Of a stretch of DNA of 29,078 nt, positions 7,491 to 17,347 are shown one piece after another (within the stretch, counting starts at the first letter, position 1; each line of letters opens with the position of its first letter). The translations under genes were made by a program, and so were the position numbers. Origin of the DNA: Candidatus Woesearchaeota archaeon (GTDB taxonomy: Archaea > Nanobdellota > Nanobdellia > Pacearchaeales > GW2011-AR1). Under the pieces are notes generated by a model that did no database searches, had not been told where the DNA came from, and saw only the letters and a program-made list of their open reading frames with translations. Location: NCBI GenBank assembly GCA_964530955.1, contig CAZHCL010000012.1:1-29078 (forward strand), written 5' to 3'.

Positions 7491-8414
7491 ATGCAAACGC
7501 AAACTTTGGAGGGGGATAAATATACACTTAATGAAAGATTGGGAATGACTGAGCTAAATACTGAAGTTTCAAAGTTTACTTTCGCTAATGATATAGAAAC
7601 TTTGGGAAGATTCGGATTCAATACTTCTGGAATAGAAGATGCAGTTAGAGCACTTATTTCTATTAATGGTTCTTCTCAACCCGAAAGGTTTGTATCTGTT
7701 AGAGGCAATGAGCCTGTTCAATGGAGACCTTATAATATAGGAATGGAAAGAAAAGAAGAAGAGGAGTTTAGCAAAAGAATGCAAGAGCCTGTTGAAGTTT
7801 ATTTTTGGGACTTTAATGCTGGAATGGTTAATCCAAATAAATTTGGTAAAGAGCCTTGGCATAATTTAATGCGAAATAGATTTTTACCATTGGTTAAAGA
7901 TGTCATAAGCGGAGGACCAATAAGATACGATTATGGAACTGGAGAGTATTCTAATAAGATAGTTACAGAATTTAAACCTGATAAGGATAGAGAGAAAACT
8001 TGGCAAATCTGGGCACCATTTTTTGATAATGCTCTGACTGCTTACTCATGTTTTGTTAATGGTGGCATTTCTATCAATTCTTGGAATTATACTGGGCATC
8101 CTACCTATGAACGATATGGTCATAGTCGTATTGGAGTATGGAAAGGCAAAATATGTGATTTTGTTAAAAATGCAAAGACAATTGAGAATGCACTTAGGAC
8201 TCTTAATCCTTCTGCATCTGGAGGATCATTTGGAGAGGTTAAAATGATTCATCCTGATTTGGGGATGATTGTCATGAGGTCTGAGGGAAAGAGATACGAA
8301 GCTTTTCACCCCGAGTTTTATCTTAGAGCTGAGCGTAGATATGTTAATGCTCCAAAAACAATGATATTTGGAAAATATGCTTTTGCTGAATTATTAAAAG
8401 ATTTCAGCAGATGA
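7491..8414 (+). CDS. Hypothetical protein (307 aa)
   Basis: Long open frame with a TATA-like element upstream. No family recognised. Confidence 0.8.
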   Translation: MQTQTLEGDKYTLNERLGMTELNTEVSKFTFANDIETLGRFGFNTSGIEDAVRALISINGSSQPERFVSVRGNEPVQWRPYNIGMERKEEEEFSKRMQEPVEVYFWDFNAGMVNPNKFGKEPWHNLMRNRFLPLVKDVISGGPIRYDYGTGEYSNKIVTEFKPDKDREKTWQIWAPFFDNALTAYSCFVNGGISINSWNYTGHPTYERYGHSRIGVWKGKICDFVKNAKTIENALRTLNPSASGGSFGEVKMIHPDLGMIVMRSEGKRYEAFHPEFYLRAERRYVNAPKTMIFGKYAFAELLKDFSR

Positions 8415-8478
8415 TTGATATTTTATTTGATTAATAGATTAACTAAATAATTTTAAACTCTATTTTTCCTTTAATTCT

Positions 8479-8838
8479 ATGTTCACTAAAGATGATGTTA
8501 GGTATGTAAGAAGTTTTATAGAATTGCATGGAAATTTAGAATATGCGAAGAGGTTTGCAAGGTCGTTCAAAAAGTGTTTATCTGCTTTTTATATGGACGC
8601 AAGAGAAAAAAGTCCAGATTACGAAGAAAATGCTAGAAGGTTTTGGCATGAAGTTTGTTCAGTAGAGGGAGTGGTCTTTTCTGAAGGATTAATTGATAAA
8701 TTATCTGGAGATAAAGATAGCCCTGCCGTTTATCATGGAATAATTATGGGTGAGATTTCAGAAAGAGGTTATAAGGGTGGAGATAGAGAGATAGATGATT
8801 TATGCAATGATTTAGCTTCTGGTGGAGCACTTAGTTAA
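8479..8838 (+). CDS. Hypothetical protein (119 aa)
   Basis: Helical-looking soluble ORF whose stop overlaps the bud32 stop. No motif recognised. Confidence 0.7.
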   Translation: MFTKDDVRYVRSFIELHGNLEYAKRFARSFKKCLSAFYMDAREKSPDYEENARRFWHEVCSVEGVVFSEGLIDKLSGDKDSPAVYHGIIMGEISERGYKGGDREIDDLCNDLASGGALS

Positions 8839-9437
8839 TACTGTGCTTTGTATCTTCCTCTTTGTTCTACTGCCTCAAGGCGTTTCAAAACATCCCTTGA
8901 ATTAACTGAGCTTTTGTAGCCTTTCAAAACAGAACTGAAAAGTTTTTCAAAATATTTGTAATGTTTTGCTTCTAGGGCTTCTTTTATCAAATGCAGATCC
9001 ACTGCTTTGTCTTCTATCTTGTTTGATTCAAAGCCTAGGCCAAAATCGATGAAATAAACTTCATTATTTTTTAAAATCATATTTGAGGTTGTTAAATCTC
9101 CATGAATTATGTTTGCATCATGCAGTTTTGCAATGTTTATACCTATTTGCTGGCTTATTTTTTCTTTGTTCTTTAATTTGTCAAGAGCTTCTGAGAGCTT
9201 TTTACCTTTTATCAGTTCAAGTTCAATTTTGTATTCACCTGATTTGATTATTTTTGGAACTTGAATTATTTTTGATGCTTTTTCAAGCAATCTTATTTCT
9301 TTTCTTGTTCTTTGCCTTCTCAGCTTTTCATCTAAAAAAGGAAGGCGATAGGATTTCTTTATTCTGTCTTTTATTATTTTATTTCCTGACTTGCTTATTA
9401 TTGCTTCTGCTCCCTGCGCTATTACTTTGTTTGACAT
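8835..9437 (-). CDS. bud32: KEOPS complex kinase Bud32
   Basis: QGAEAII, RIKKSYR...D..LR..RT..E, IHGDLTTSNMIL, IDFGL, EDKAVDL and RGRY at the C-terminus. Confidence 0.95.
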   Translation of the reverse strand: MSNKVIAQGAEAIISKSGNKIIKDRIKKSYRLPFLDEKLRRQRTRKEIRLLEKASKIIQVPKIIKSGEYKIELELIKGKKLSEALDKLKNKEKISQQIGINIAKLHDANIIHGDLTTSNMILKNNEVYFIDFGLGFESNKIEDKAVDLHLIKEALEAKHYKYFEKLFSSVLKGYKSSVNSRDVLKRLEAVEQRGRYKAQY

Positions 9438-9490
9438 CTTGCTCTTATCTGGTTAGTTATCTTTATAAAATTTGATTTTCTTGTCAATCT

Positions 9491-10252
9491 ATGACTGAGT
9501 GGGTCTTTTGGGGAGATAGAAGAATAGAAGGCGTTTATGAAAATATATACTTAAGAACATTTACTGAGGATTGGTTTGAGATTGTTAAAAAGGTAGCATT
9601 GCAATTTAAAGGAAAATACTTTCTAGATGTCGGATGTGGGGAAGGACATACAACAAAGCAAATACTTGACAGAGTTGATGGAGAGTATACTTGTGATATA
9701 CTTGAACCTGATAAAAAAGCTATTAACTTAGCAGAGGAATTTCTTAAATTTGAAAATAAAATTGGAGATTCTTTCGCCAATACATTAAAAGAATTTACGC
9801 CTAAAAAGAAGTATGATATAGTATTTACTTCTCATACTAATTATTACTGGTCTGACAATGAAAAAGATTATAATAAACAATTAGATAAAGCTTTTTCTTT
9901 GATTAAGAAGGATGGCAGATTATTAATATTAACTCTTCCTAAAAAGAGCGATCATTATAATATAATGTTATCACAGGTTTATCCTTCTTTTACCTATTCA
10001 GAGTATATCAAAAGTTATTATGAGAAAAAAGGATTCAAAGTTAATTCTATAAAATTTAGGATGAGAATGTTTGTGGGAGATATATTAACAAATAAAAATG
10101 TTTATGATTTATGTAATTTTTACAAGTTTATCCATAATGCTGATAAAATTCCAAGCAGAGAAGACTCTTTGAAATTTTTAGAGAAGATAAAAACTTATCA
10201 AGAGAAAGGATATTTGGACTTTAAGGATGAATTATTAATTATCTCTAATTAG
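9491..10252 (+). CDS. Class I SAM-dependent methyltransferase
   Basis: Motif I FLDVGCGEG, acidic post-I LEPD, KYDIVFTSH and LIKKDGRLLI. Substrate unknown. Confidence 0.88.
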   Translation: MTEWVFWGDRRIEGVYENIYLRTFTEDWFEIVKKVALQFKGKYFLDVGCGEGHTTKQILDRVDGEYTCDILEPDKKAINLAEEFLKFENKIGDSFANTLKEFTPKKKYDIVFTSHTNYYWSDNEKDYNKQLDKAFSLIKKDGRLLILTLPKKSDHYNIMLSQVYPSFTYSEYIKSYYEKKGFKVNSIKFRMRMFVGDILTNKNVYDLCNFYKFIHNADKIPSREDSLKFLEKIKTYQEKGYLDFKDELLIISN

Positions 10253-11604
10253 AACTTGAGTTTCCTGCCGTATTTCCTTGCTAGTTTCATCATTGTTTTT
10301 TGGTCCATACCTTTTTCTGATATTTGAGACTGGGATTTTATCATGTCACTAATCATTTTCCATTGCTTTATCAGAGCACGAATATCTGATGTGGTTGTGC
10401 CTGAACCTTTCGCTATTCTTTGCATTCTTGAAGTCTGTTTTTCAAGAACTTCTGGGTTTTCTATCTCTTCTTTTGTCATTGACGAGATTGCGTGCTTCCA
10501 GCGCTTGACTTTTTCCTGTTGGCTTTGCATTGCTTCTTCAGGTATCTTTGCCTGTCCAAGTCCTGGAATCATAGACATTAATTTATCCCATGAGCCGAGA
10601 CCTTCCATTGAGTCAAGCTGGGCCTGAAGGTCTTTAAGAGTAAATTTACCTTCCTGCATTTTTTTCTGGGCATCTTCTATCTGGTCTTTATTAACCACTG
10701 ATTGTATCTTTTCCATAAGCGCTTTAAGATCCCCCATTCCTAACAATCTACTAAGGAAGGATTCAGGGTCAAATGATTCTAAATCAGAAGGCTTCTCTCC
10801 TGTTCCAATAAATATTACGGGCGCTTTAACTTCTGCACAGGCAGTAAGCGCTCCTCCCGCTTTTGCAGTTGAATCCATTTTTGTTATTATCACTCCTGAG
10901 ACGCTTACTGCTTCTTTGAATGCTTGTGCCTGCTTTTTTGCCGTTTGGCCTACATCTGCAGACATAACTAGAATAATTTCAGTTGGTTTTGCTATTTTTG
11001 ATATGTCTTTTATTTCTTTTATTAAATCAGAGGAAAGAGCATCTCTTCCCGCAGTGTCAATTAAAATAAGATTGTATTTTTTCAGTTCGGATTCATATTT
11101 TTTCCATATTTTCTTTGGGTCTTTTTCTTTTGCATCTATAAAGCAGGCAACTCCAAGCTTATCACAGAGTTGCTTTAATTGCTCTGATGCAGCAGGTCTG
11201 TGAACGTCAAGCCCTATTGCGCAGACTTTGCTTCCTCTTTTTGAGTAGTAGGAGGCTAGCTTGCTGATAGATGTTGTTTTTCCCTGTCCATACAGACCAA
11301 GCATCATGAATACATTGTTTTTTTGAAGTTCAATTTCTCTTTTTTGTCCTAGAATAGAAACCAGTTCATCATGTAACAATTTGATAATGTGCTCTTTCTT
11401 TTCTATTCCGCTTATTCTTTCATCAAGTGCTGCTTTTTTTATCTTCTGGGTTATTTCAAGGACAAGTGAGACATTTACGTCTGCTTCTATCAATGCTCTT
11501 TGAAGGTCTTTTACTATCTGGTCAACCAGATTTTTATCAAGGAATATGGCATTCGCTATTTTATCTGTTGTTTTTTTCAGTGCTGATGATAGCTTTTCAA
11601 GCAT
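10249..11604 (-). CDS. srp54: Signal recognition particle protein SRP54
   Basis: LIEADVN, GLYGQGKTT, DVHRPAA, DTAGR, TKMD..AKAGG, and an M domain with FTLKDL and SRMQRIAKGSG. Confidence 0.97.
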   Translation of the reverse strand: MLEKLSSALKKTTDKIANAIFLDKNLVDQIVKDLQRALIEADVNVSLVLEITQKIKKAALDERISGIEKKEHIIKLLHDELVSILGQKREIELQKNNVFMMLGLYGQGKTTSISKLASYYSKRGSKVCAIGLDVHRPAASEQLKQLCDKLGVACFIDAKEKDPKKIWKKYESELKKYNLILIDTAGRDALSSDLIKEIKDISKIAKPTEIILVMSADVGQTAKKQAQAFKEAVSVSGVIITKMDSTAKAGGALTACAEVKAPVIFIGTGEKPSDLESFDPESFLSRLLGMGDLKALMEKIQSVVNKDQIEDAQKKMQEGKFTLKDLQAQLDSMEGLGSWDKLMSMIPGLGQAKIPEEAMQSQQEKVKRWKHAISSMTKEEIENPEVLEKQTSRMQRIAKGSGTTTSDIRALIKQWKMISDMIKSQSQISEKGMDQKTMMKLARKYGRKLKF

Positions 11605-11659
11605 AAGAAAGGGAGCATATGGCGGGTTAATAAATTTGTGGTTTTGAGAATATAAATAA

Positions 11660-12466
11660 TTACTCTCTTTTTTCAGTCAACCAAAGAATACCTTCTTCTC
11701 CGCCTCTTTCTATAACAATTTCTCTCCAGAAATCATAATGCGCGAGCCCTGTTTTCTGTTGAATTGATTCTCTTGTGTGAGGTTTCCCTTTGTTCAATAT
11801 CCTATGAACGTCTATCGTTTCTGGCCATCCACCAAATAGGGGATGATGGTAGTTATTTTCTATAAGAGGCAATAGAAATACCGATCTATCTCTATTCTTT
11901 TTAAATTCTGAACCTCTAGTAGGAGGTCTAATTCCATTGAAACCACCTGCATAAAATCCCTTATTACCTGCAAATATTTCATGCAAAGATTGACATAGAC
12001 CATCAAGGTCATTCATAGCACTTACAAGTTGTGCTTCTACAGAATATTTTTTTACAGTGCTAATTAAAAGGTCAGGGTAGTCATACCCATTCAATTTTTC
12101 TGGCCAGACCTGGGATAAGAATTCTATATTCTCGTCTTCTTTTTTAGTTCCATTTTCACTTCCATTATTTACAGCAAATTGAACGGCATTTCTGGAGGGG
12201 CTAGATTTTCTTGAACCGCCAGGTAATAGTTTATAATCATCATGGACTAGTGCAAGGGTGCGTGCTTTTTTTTGATCGAAATTGTCTATACGGGAGGAAA
12301 TCATAGGGGCAAGATAATCACATATCCACGCTACTCTTAAAGTATGTCTATAAAGATTGGATCTATAGAAGACTGTACTAAAATCTCCATAGCGGACTCT
12401 TCTTCTCAATAGTTCAGTTCTTCCTTTAAATCCTTGCTCTTCAATTAATTCATGACTTTGGTCCAT
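11660..12466 (-). CDS. HD-domain protein (YfbR-like, divergent)
   Basis: SNLYRHTLRV...ALVHDD...NDLDGL gives the H...HD...D spacing of the HD superfamily. Confidence 0.7.
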   Translation of the reverse strand: MDQSHELIEEQGFKGRTELLRRRVRYGDFSTVFYRSNLYRHTLRVAWICDYLAPMISSRIDNFDQKKARTLALVHDDYKLLPGGSRKSSPSRNAVQFAVNNGSENGTKKEDENIEFLSQVWPEKLNGYDYPDLLISTVKKYSVEAQLVSAMNDLDGLCQSLHEIFAGNKGFYAGGFNGIRPPTRGSEFKKNRDRSVFLLPLIENNYHHPLFGGWPETIDVHRILNKGKPHTRESIQQKTGLAHYDFWREIVIERGGEEGILWLTEKRE

Positions 12467-12558
12467 TGGATTTGCTAAATTAGGGTATTTTTAAAGTTTA
12501 CTGCGATTAATTTATTTCTATAGTAAGGTTATTTAACAGGTACCATTTTATTTATTAC

Positions 12559-13029
12559 ATGGTAAAGGAAAGTGCGGGATTGTTAATGTATAAGATTTAT
12601 GAGGGTAAATTGAAAGTATTTATCGTTCATCCGGGAGGACCTTTCTGGAAGGACAAGGACTCTGGAGCATGGAGCATTCCAAAAGGAGAGCTAAAGGGAG
12701 GAGAGGGGTTTCTTAATTGTGCTATCAGGGAGATGAAAGAAGAAACTGGAGTTGATGCTTCCGGAAGAGAGTTTATTGAACTTGGAATGGTTGTTCAAAA
12801 GTCTGGTAAAAAGGTTTATTGCTGGGCTTTTGAGGGGGATTGGTCTGGTTTATTGATTTGCAAAAGCTATGCTACAATCGAATGGCCTTATAAATCTGGA
12901 AAGATGATTAAGTTTCCTGAGGTTGATAAGGCAGGATTCTTTTTTGTTGAGGATGCTGGGAAAAAGATAAATCCTGCACAGAAAGAGTTTATTGAAAGGT
13001 TGAAGGAAAAACTTGGGAAAGGCGATTAA
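12559..13029 (+). CDS. NUDIX hydrolase (predicted NTP pyrophosphohydrolase)
   Basis: Complete Nudix box G-x5-E-x7-REMKEETG, plus SAGLLMY, HPGGPFW and FPEVD. Confidence 0.93.
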   Translation: MVKESAGLLMYKIYEGKLKVFIVHPGGPFWKDKDSGAWSIPKGELKGGEGFLNCAIREMKEETGVDASGREFIELGMVVQKSGKKVYCWAFEGDWSGLLICKSYATIEWPYKSGKMIKFPEVDKAGFFFVEDAGKKINPAQKEFIERLKEKLGKGD

Positions 13030-13069
13030 ATCATTATTCACTTTTAACAACAACAATTCTTATTAATGG

Positions 13070-13384
13070 TTGTTTTATCCTTTTTTTATGGAAAATGAAG
13101 AGAAATTAGCAGGCGGTAACGGGCAAATACGAAATGTATTTTCTGGATGGTATGCTGGAGATTATAATTTCTATCTTCCTTTTAAGGGTGAGGAATCTGC
13201 TTATCTTGCCATACCTTCTTCTATTGTCTCTGTTTCTTTGGTAAGCGTCAAAAGGTTAGGACATCTAGATTCGATTCCAGTTGACGTTACTCGCGAAGAA
13301 ATTTTATCTGTTGCGGAGAGATACAAATCAGATATAATTGCTCGTGGAGCAGGATCTTACAGAAAAAAATCATTGGATTTTTAA
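13070..13384 (+). CDS. Hypothetical protein (about 100 aa)
   Basis: Co-oriented with the NUDIX gene. No motif; the start may be the ATG of MENEEK. Confidence 0.6.
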   Translation: MFYPFFMENEEKLAGGNGQIRNVFSGWYAGDYNFYLPFKGEESAYLAIPSSIVSVSLVSVKRLGHLDSIPVDVTREEILSVAERYKSDIIARGAGSYRKKSLDF

Positions 13385-13556
13385 AAGAAAGTATTTTTAT
13401 TTACCCTCTAGTAAAACGGTGAATGAAGTAATTGATTTTAGTGATGAAATTTGCTTTCCTTCTCGCATATCCAGTAAAAAAAGAAGTTCTCTGCTTTATT
13501 TTTTGCTTACAGTCAATGATACAAACGCCTTGGAAGAGATAAGCAAAAGATGCGAG

Positions 13557-14756
13557 TTATTCTAATCCTAGATTCTTCAGGACTGCTTTCTTGGTGAATG
13601 GTAGCAGGTCAGGATAGTTCTGTCCAGTGCCTAGGAAGTAAATTGGCTTCTTTGTTATATGCGAAACTGAAAGTATTGTTCCTGCTTTTTCATCCACATC
13701 TGCTTTGCTTAGAATTATGCCATCTATACCTATGGTTTCATTGAATGTTTTTGCCTGGTCTATAACATCATTTCCAGTTATGCTTTCTCCGACGAATATT
13801 TTTAGGTCTGGCTTTGATACTTTCACTATTTTTTCCATTTCTTTCAGAAGATTTGCCTTTGTGTACATTCTTCCTGCGGTGTCAATAAGAACTACTTTTA
13901 TTTTATGTGCCGAGGCGTATTTCTTTGCGTCAAAGGAGACAGAAGCAGGGTCTGCCCCGTATTCTGAAGAGATGATAGGTACTTTTATTTTGTCTGCATG
14001 GGTGTTTAGCTGTTCAATTGATGCGGCTCTGAAAGTATCTCCTGCAGCTAGGACACAGGAAATTCCTTCCTTTTTGAGCATATGTGCCAGTTTTGCTATG
14101 GATGTTGTTTTTCCAGTTCCATTTATTCCAAAAAAGATTATTGTATAAACTCCTTCATGCTTTTTTATTTGTTCTAGTAAATTTGGAGGCTCTGTAAGAA
14201 CTGAAAGTATGGCATCTTTAAGCGCCTGCAGAATTCTTGCTTCTGCTTCTATCTTTTTCATCTGCTGATTAACCAAGTCATTCGCTAGGTTTTCTTTTAT
14301 TTTATTAACTGCTTCTAGAGCAACATTGTTTTCTAGAAGAGTTATTTCAAATTCTTGGAATATTTCATCAAAATCTTCTCTTGAAAGTTTGGAAGAGGTT
14401 ATTTTTTTAATAAGTCTTGTAAAGAAATTGCCTTTTTCTTCTGTTTCTGGTTTTATTTCTTCAGGTTTTTCTTCTGGGAGAATTTCAGCTTCTTCTATAA
14501 GTTCATTAACTTCTTTTCTTGTCTCTTTTTCATCTTTTGTGAGGTTTTTTTGTTCCCTTTCAACTTCTTCTTGACTTATTACAATTTCTTTCTTTATTTT
14601 TTTAAGAGTTTCCTTGTTCTTTACAGGTTTTTCTTTCTTTTGGTCCTTGGATTTCTTTTCTTTTGTCTTTTTTTCAGCCTTTTTCTTTTCTTTCTTAGGT
14701 TTTTCCTTATCACTACCTATCCAGGAGCTTATTTTTTTCTTGAGAAAGTCGAACAT
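13557..14756 (-). CDS. ftsY: SRP receptor FtsY
   Basis: MFDFLKKK N-terminus, Lys/Glu-rich A domain, LLENNVA, GINGTGKTT, GDTFRAA, DTAGR and SKAD..EKAG. Confidence 0.96.
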   Translation of the reverse strand: MFDFLKKKISSWIGSDKEKPKKEKKKAEKKTKEKKSKDQKKEKPVKNKETLKKIKKEIVISQEEVEREQKNLTKDEKETRKEVNELIEEAEILPEEKPEEIKPETEEKGNFFTRLIKKITSSKLSREDFDEIFQEFEITLLENNVALEAVNKIKENLANDLVNQQMKKIEAEARILQALKDAILSVLTEPPNLLEQIKKHEGVYTIIFFGINGTGKTTSIAKLAHMLKKEGISCVLAAGDTFRAASIEQLNTHADKIKVPIISSEYGADPASVSFDAKKYASAHKIKVVLIDTAGRMYTKANLLKEMEKIVKVSKPDLKIFVGESITGNDVIDQAKTFNETIGIDGIILSKADVDEKAGTILSVSHITKKPIYFLGTGQNYPDLLPFTKKAVLKNLGLE

Positions 14757-14802
14757 AGAAATATGAGTTTTATGGTAGTTTAAAACTTTTTGGATTTGTG
14801 GA

Positions 14803-15489
14803 TTAGGCTTTTATGGTATATTCATAGACTTTGTCATAGGGGATGGTCCAGGAGCAGGCATCCTTAGGGTTTGCTTTTTCCATTATTTTTCTAAACATTC
14901 TTATTGAATTTCCATGCGCTGAAATTGCGACATTGCATTTTTCTTTCTTCATCATTTTGATTAAATTCTTAATAAATGCAGAGACTCTTTTTTCAACCAT
15001 TGCGAAGCTCTCTCCATGAGGGGGTGGAACGTTGTATCCTCGATGAATGAGGTTATACTCTTGTTCTCCAAGAAAATTTTTAACTTCTTTCTTGCCTTCT
15101 TGAGGTAAATCGTGAATTAAATCTCCTTGAATTTCTAATTTATAGAGCTTCTTTCCCATTTTATTTATGAAATCTTTATGTGTAGAGCCGTTCAAATCAC
15201 CGTAATTTCTTTCAATCATTCTATCGTCTTTTATAAGCATTAGACATTCTGGATGATACTTTAGAATTTCCTTCAATGTTTGCTGTGATCTTGATAATCT
15301 TGTGAATATCGCAACTTCGAACTTCTTTTTTTTAAGTTTTTTTGCTACTGTTCTTGCTTGTTTTATCCCTAACTTTGTCAGTTTTGGGTCGTCAAAGCCA
15401 GTAAATCTTCCATCCCTATTATAGGTTGTCTGGCCGTGTCTGAAAAGATAGATATGTAGTTTGTTCACCATTTTTTGATATGTATTCAC
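14803..15489 (-). CDS. Histidine phosphatase superfamily protein, 2,3-BPG-dependent phosphoglycerate mutase-like
   Basis: LFRHGQT..N, ERNYGDLNG, PPHGES and SAHGNSIR. Confidence 0.85.
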   Translation of the reverse strand: MNTYQKMVNKLHIYLFRHGQTTYNRDGRFTGFDDPKLTKLGIKQARTVAKKLKKKKFEVAIFTRLSRSQQTLKEILKYHPECLMLIKDDRMIERNYGDLNGSTHKDFINKMGKKLYKLEIQGDLIHDLPQEGKKEVKNFLGEQEYNLIHRGYNVPPPHGESFAMVEKRVSAFIKNLIKMMKKEKCNVAISAHGNSIRMFRKIMEKANPKDACSWTIPYDKVYEYTIKA

Positions 15490-15537
15490 TTATTAGAGTA
15501 TAATCATTTTTATAAACTTTCTTTTATGAGGATTTTT

Positions 15538-16098
15538 ATGCTAACATATAATGATTTGTATGAAACACTTCGTAAGGAGAAGAATAATGAGACTTTGCAG
15601 CAGCTTCCAAAGTCGTTTGTAGAGGATGTTTCAGAGTATTTGCATGATAAAAAAGGGCAATCTCTTAAGGAAGATGACATGTTTATTGACGCTGTTGCTA
15701 AATCAAAGAAGCAGCTTGAGAATTCAATCTCAATATTCAAGGAACTCATACTCAGAAGGAAAAAGAAGCTTCTTAGTCTAGTTTTTGTGGCTGCAGAGAC
15801 AGGTATAATGAAAAGAGATTATGATAATATGCTTGTTTTTGAGAAAGAAGTTTTTGATAAACTAGTAAGGGCGTTTGAAGAGGGAGATAGGGAACTTCTT
15901 AAGATGATGAATGGTAAGAAAGAAGAGGTAAGGGAGTCAAAGAAAATGATTTTATTCAGTCAGAATGTTGATCAGTTTGCAGACATGTCTGGAAATATAA
16001 TTGGTCCTTTCAATTCAGGCGAACTTGCAAATCTTGATTCGCAGGTTTCTGAGATTTTGGTTGATGGTGGGAAAGCTCAGTTTGTGGATGAGAAATAG
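15538..16098 (+). CDS. DNA replication complex GINS family protein (Gins51-like)
   Basis: Helical A domain (LTYNDLYE.LRKEK...LQQLP..F...ELILRRKKK), then a C-terminal B domain (GNIIGPFNSGELANL...EILV..GKA). Start moved to MLTYND. Confidence 0.75.
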   Translation: MLTYNDLYETLRKEKNNETLQQLPKSFVEDVSEYLHDKKGQSLKEDDMFIDAVAKSKKQLENSISIFKELILRRKKKLLSLVFVAAETGIMKRDYDNMLVFEKEVFDKLVRAFEEGDRELLKMMNGKKEEVRESKKMILFSQNVDQFADMSGNIIGPFNSGELANLDSQVSEILVDGGKAQFVDEK

Positions 16099-16101
16099 AA
16101 A

Positions 16102-16365
16102 TTAATCTTTTCTTTTGACTAATGAAAAAATCCCACAAGAAACTAAGTATAAAATTAATATGTCTATAATTGCACTAACATAATGAATTTTACTCCAGCC
16201 ACTTCCCCCTAACTGACTTGCTCCTCTTTCATAATATAATAATGGAAAACCTCTGGCAAAATACTCTCCGCCTGGAAAAACTGCTAAAAACCAAACTCCT
16301 AAACAGAGAATTATAAAAATAATAATCTTCAAAAGTGTTGGTTTGAAAAATATTTTCCAATTCAT
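16102..16365 (-). CDS. Small membrane protein (87 aa, two TM helices)
   Basis: Two hydrophobic segments flanking a GFPLLYY loop, with a basic C-terminus. Confidence 0.75.
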   Translation of the reverse strand: MNWKIFFKPTLLKIIIFIILCLGVWFLAVFPGGEYFARGFPLLYYERGASQLGGSGWSKIHYVSAIIDILILYLVSCGIFSLVKRKD

Positions 16366-16431
16366 ACTAGAGAGAATTGATGATTAATATATAAAGGTAT
16401 TCAAGACTTCAATTTTGTTTGAAGGTACCAA

Positions 16432-16845
16432 CTATTTCAGAAAACTCTTTAGCTCATTAATCAGTCTTTTTAGTTCGTTGATACACTCCTTAGAGTCTGC
16501 GAGGGATATACTTTCTCCGTAATAATTGATAGAATTCCTTAATAGCCTTAATCTATCAAATCTCTCAGCTAAATTTATGTTTCCAATTATTTCTTTGAGA
16601 AATCCAACATAACATTCGTGATTGTATATTTTATAACCTTTATTTATTGCTAATGCTTCAAGCAATTCTCTTACGGAGTCATAATATAATGAGATTTTTG
16701 ATATTGAAGTGGTTTCATTTAACTGAAGTAAATCTGCGCTGAGTAGCTTGTTTTCAGATGTGTGTTTTAGTGATTTTATAAGCTCTAAATCCGTCTGTGC
16801 AGGACGTGCAATTTTCTTTGCAATACATTCTTTCCAGTCCATCAT
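16432..16845 (-). CDS. HEPN-like protein, partner of the MNT
   Basis: All-helical, with YYDSVRELLEAL, YNHEC and RLLRNSINYYG (R-N motif with Tyr where His is usual). ATGA overlap with the upstream MNT gene. Confidence 0.75.
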   Translation of the reverse strand: MMDWKECIAKKIARPAQTDLELIKSLKHTSENKLLSADLLQLNETTSISKISLYYDSVRELLEALAINKGYKIYNHECYVGFLKEIIGNINLAERFDRLRLLRNSINYYGESISLADSKECINELKRLINELKSFLK

Positions 16846-17327
16846 TCAATAGGAACTCCTTTTTCAATATTATTTTTAAGATTATCGTTTTTTAGGCTGT
16901 TTTTAAAGTGAACCTGCACTTTTCTTTTTAGTTTATTTTCTATCTTTTTAAAATTAATTTCTCTTTTGTCAATATCTATAAAGAGGTCTATATCTGAGTC
17001 AATGGTGTTCTCTGCTTTGGCAATTGAGCCGAACAGGATAGGTTTCTTAAAAAGAAAGTCTTTGCTTATTTCATTAATAGGCTGTTTTAATTTAAGTCTC
17101 CAGTAAGTTCTTGCCAGGTCTTTAAAGAAGGAAGAGTCTCTGTTTGCCCGATAATAAATATATATTCCCTGCTTTTTTAACAATAGCAATCCTTGCTTTT
17201 CCGCTTTTTTGAGAAAGGTTGAGGCCGTGGGTGGAGATATTTTAGATATTCTCCCATATTCTCTAACAGAGTACTCTCTATGAGTATCTTCAAAAAATGG
17301 ACCAAGTCTGTTTAATAATTCTAACAT
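16842..17327 (-). CDS. wHTH-fused minimal nucleotidyltransferase (MNT)
   Basis: N-terminal HTH (YSVREYGRISKISPPTASTFLKKAEKQGLL) and LFGSIAK.E....SDIDLFID. Confidence 0.88.
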   Translation of the reverse strand: MLELLNRLGPFFEDTHREYSVREYGRISKISPPTASTFLKKAEKQGLLLLKKQGIYIYYRANRDSSFFKDLARTYWRLKLKQPINEISKDFLFKKPILFGSIAKAENTIDSDIDLFIDIDKREINFKKIENKLKRKVQVHFKNSLKNDNLKNNIEKGVPIE

Positions 17328-17347
17328 GTGTTAAATTATATTAACAC
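17328..17347. promoter_or_regulatory. Palindromic operator candidate GTGTTAA-N6-TTAACAC
   Basis: Perfect 7-bp inverted repeat directly abutting the MNT ATG, downstream of a TATA-like TTTAAATA (17351-17358, minus strand). Confidence 0.65.

Noticed and set aside
1926-10252. Short convergent stop-codon overlaps (udg/nop10, 8835-8838, 10249-10252)
   Set aside because: Ordinary consequence of genome compaction; no evidence of antisense regulation.
10343-14783. Several 70-150 aa antisense ORFs over srp54 and ftsY (and similar shadows over recJ, rps15 and the giant gene)
   Set aside because: Ser/Phe/Leu-rich mirror translations expected from Lys/Glu-rich sense genes; no independent motifs.
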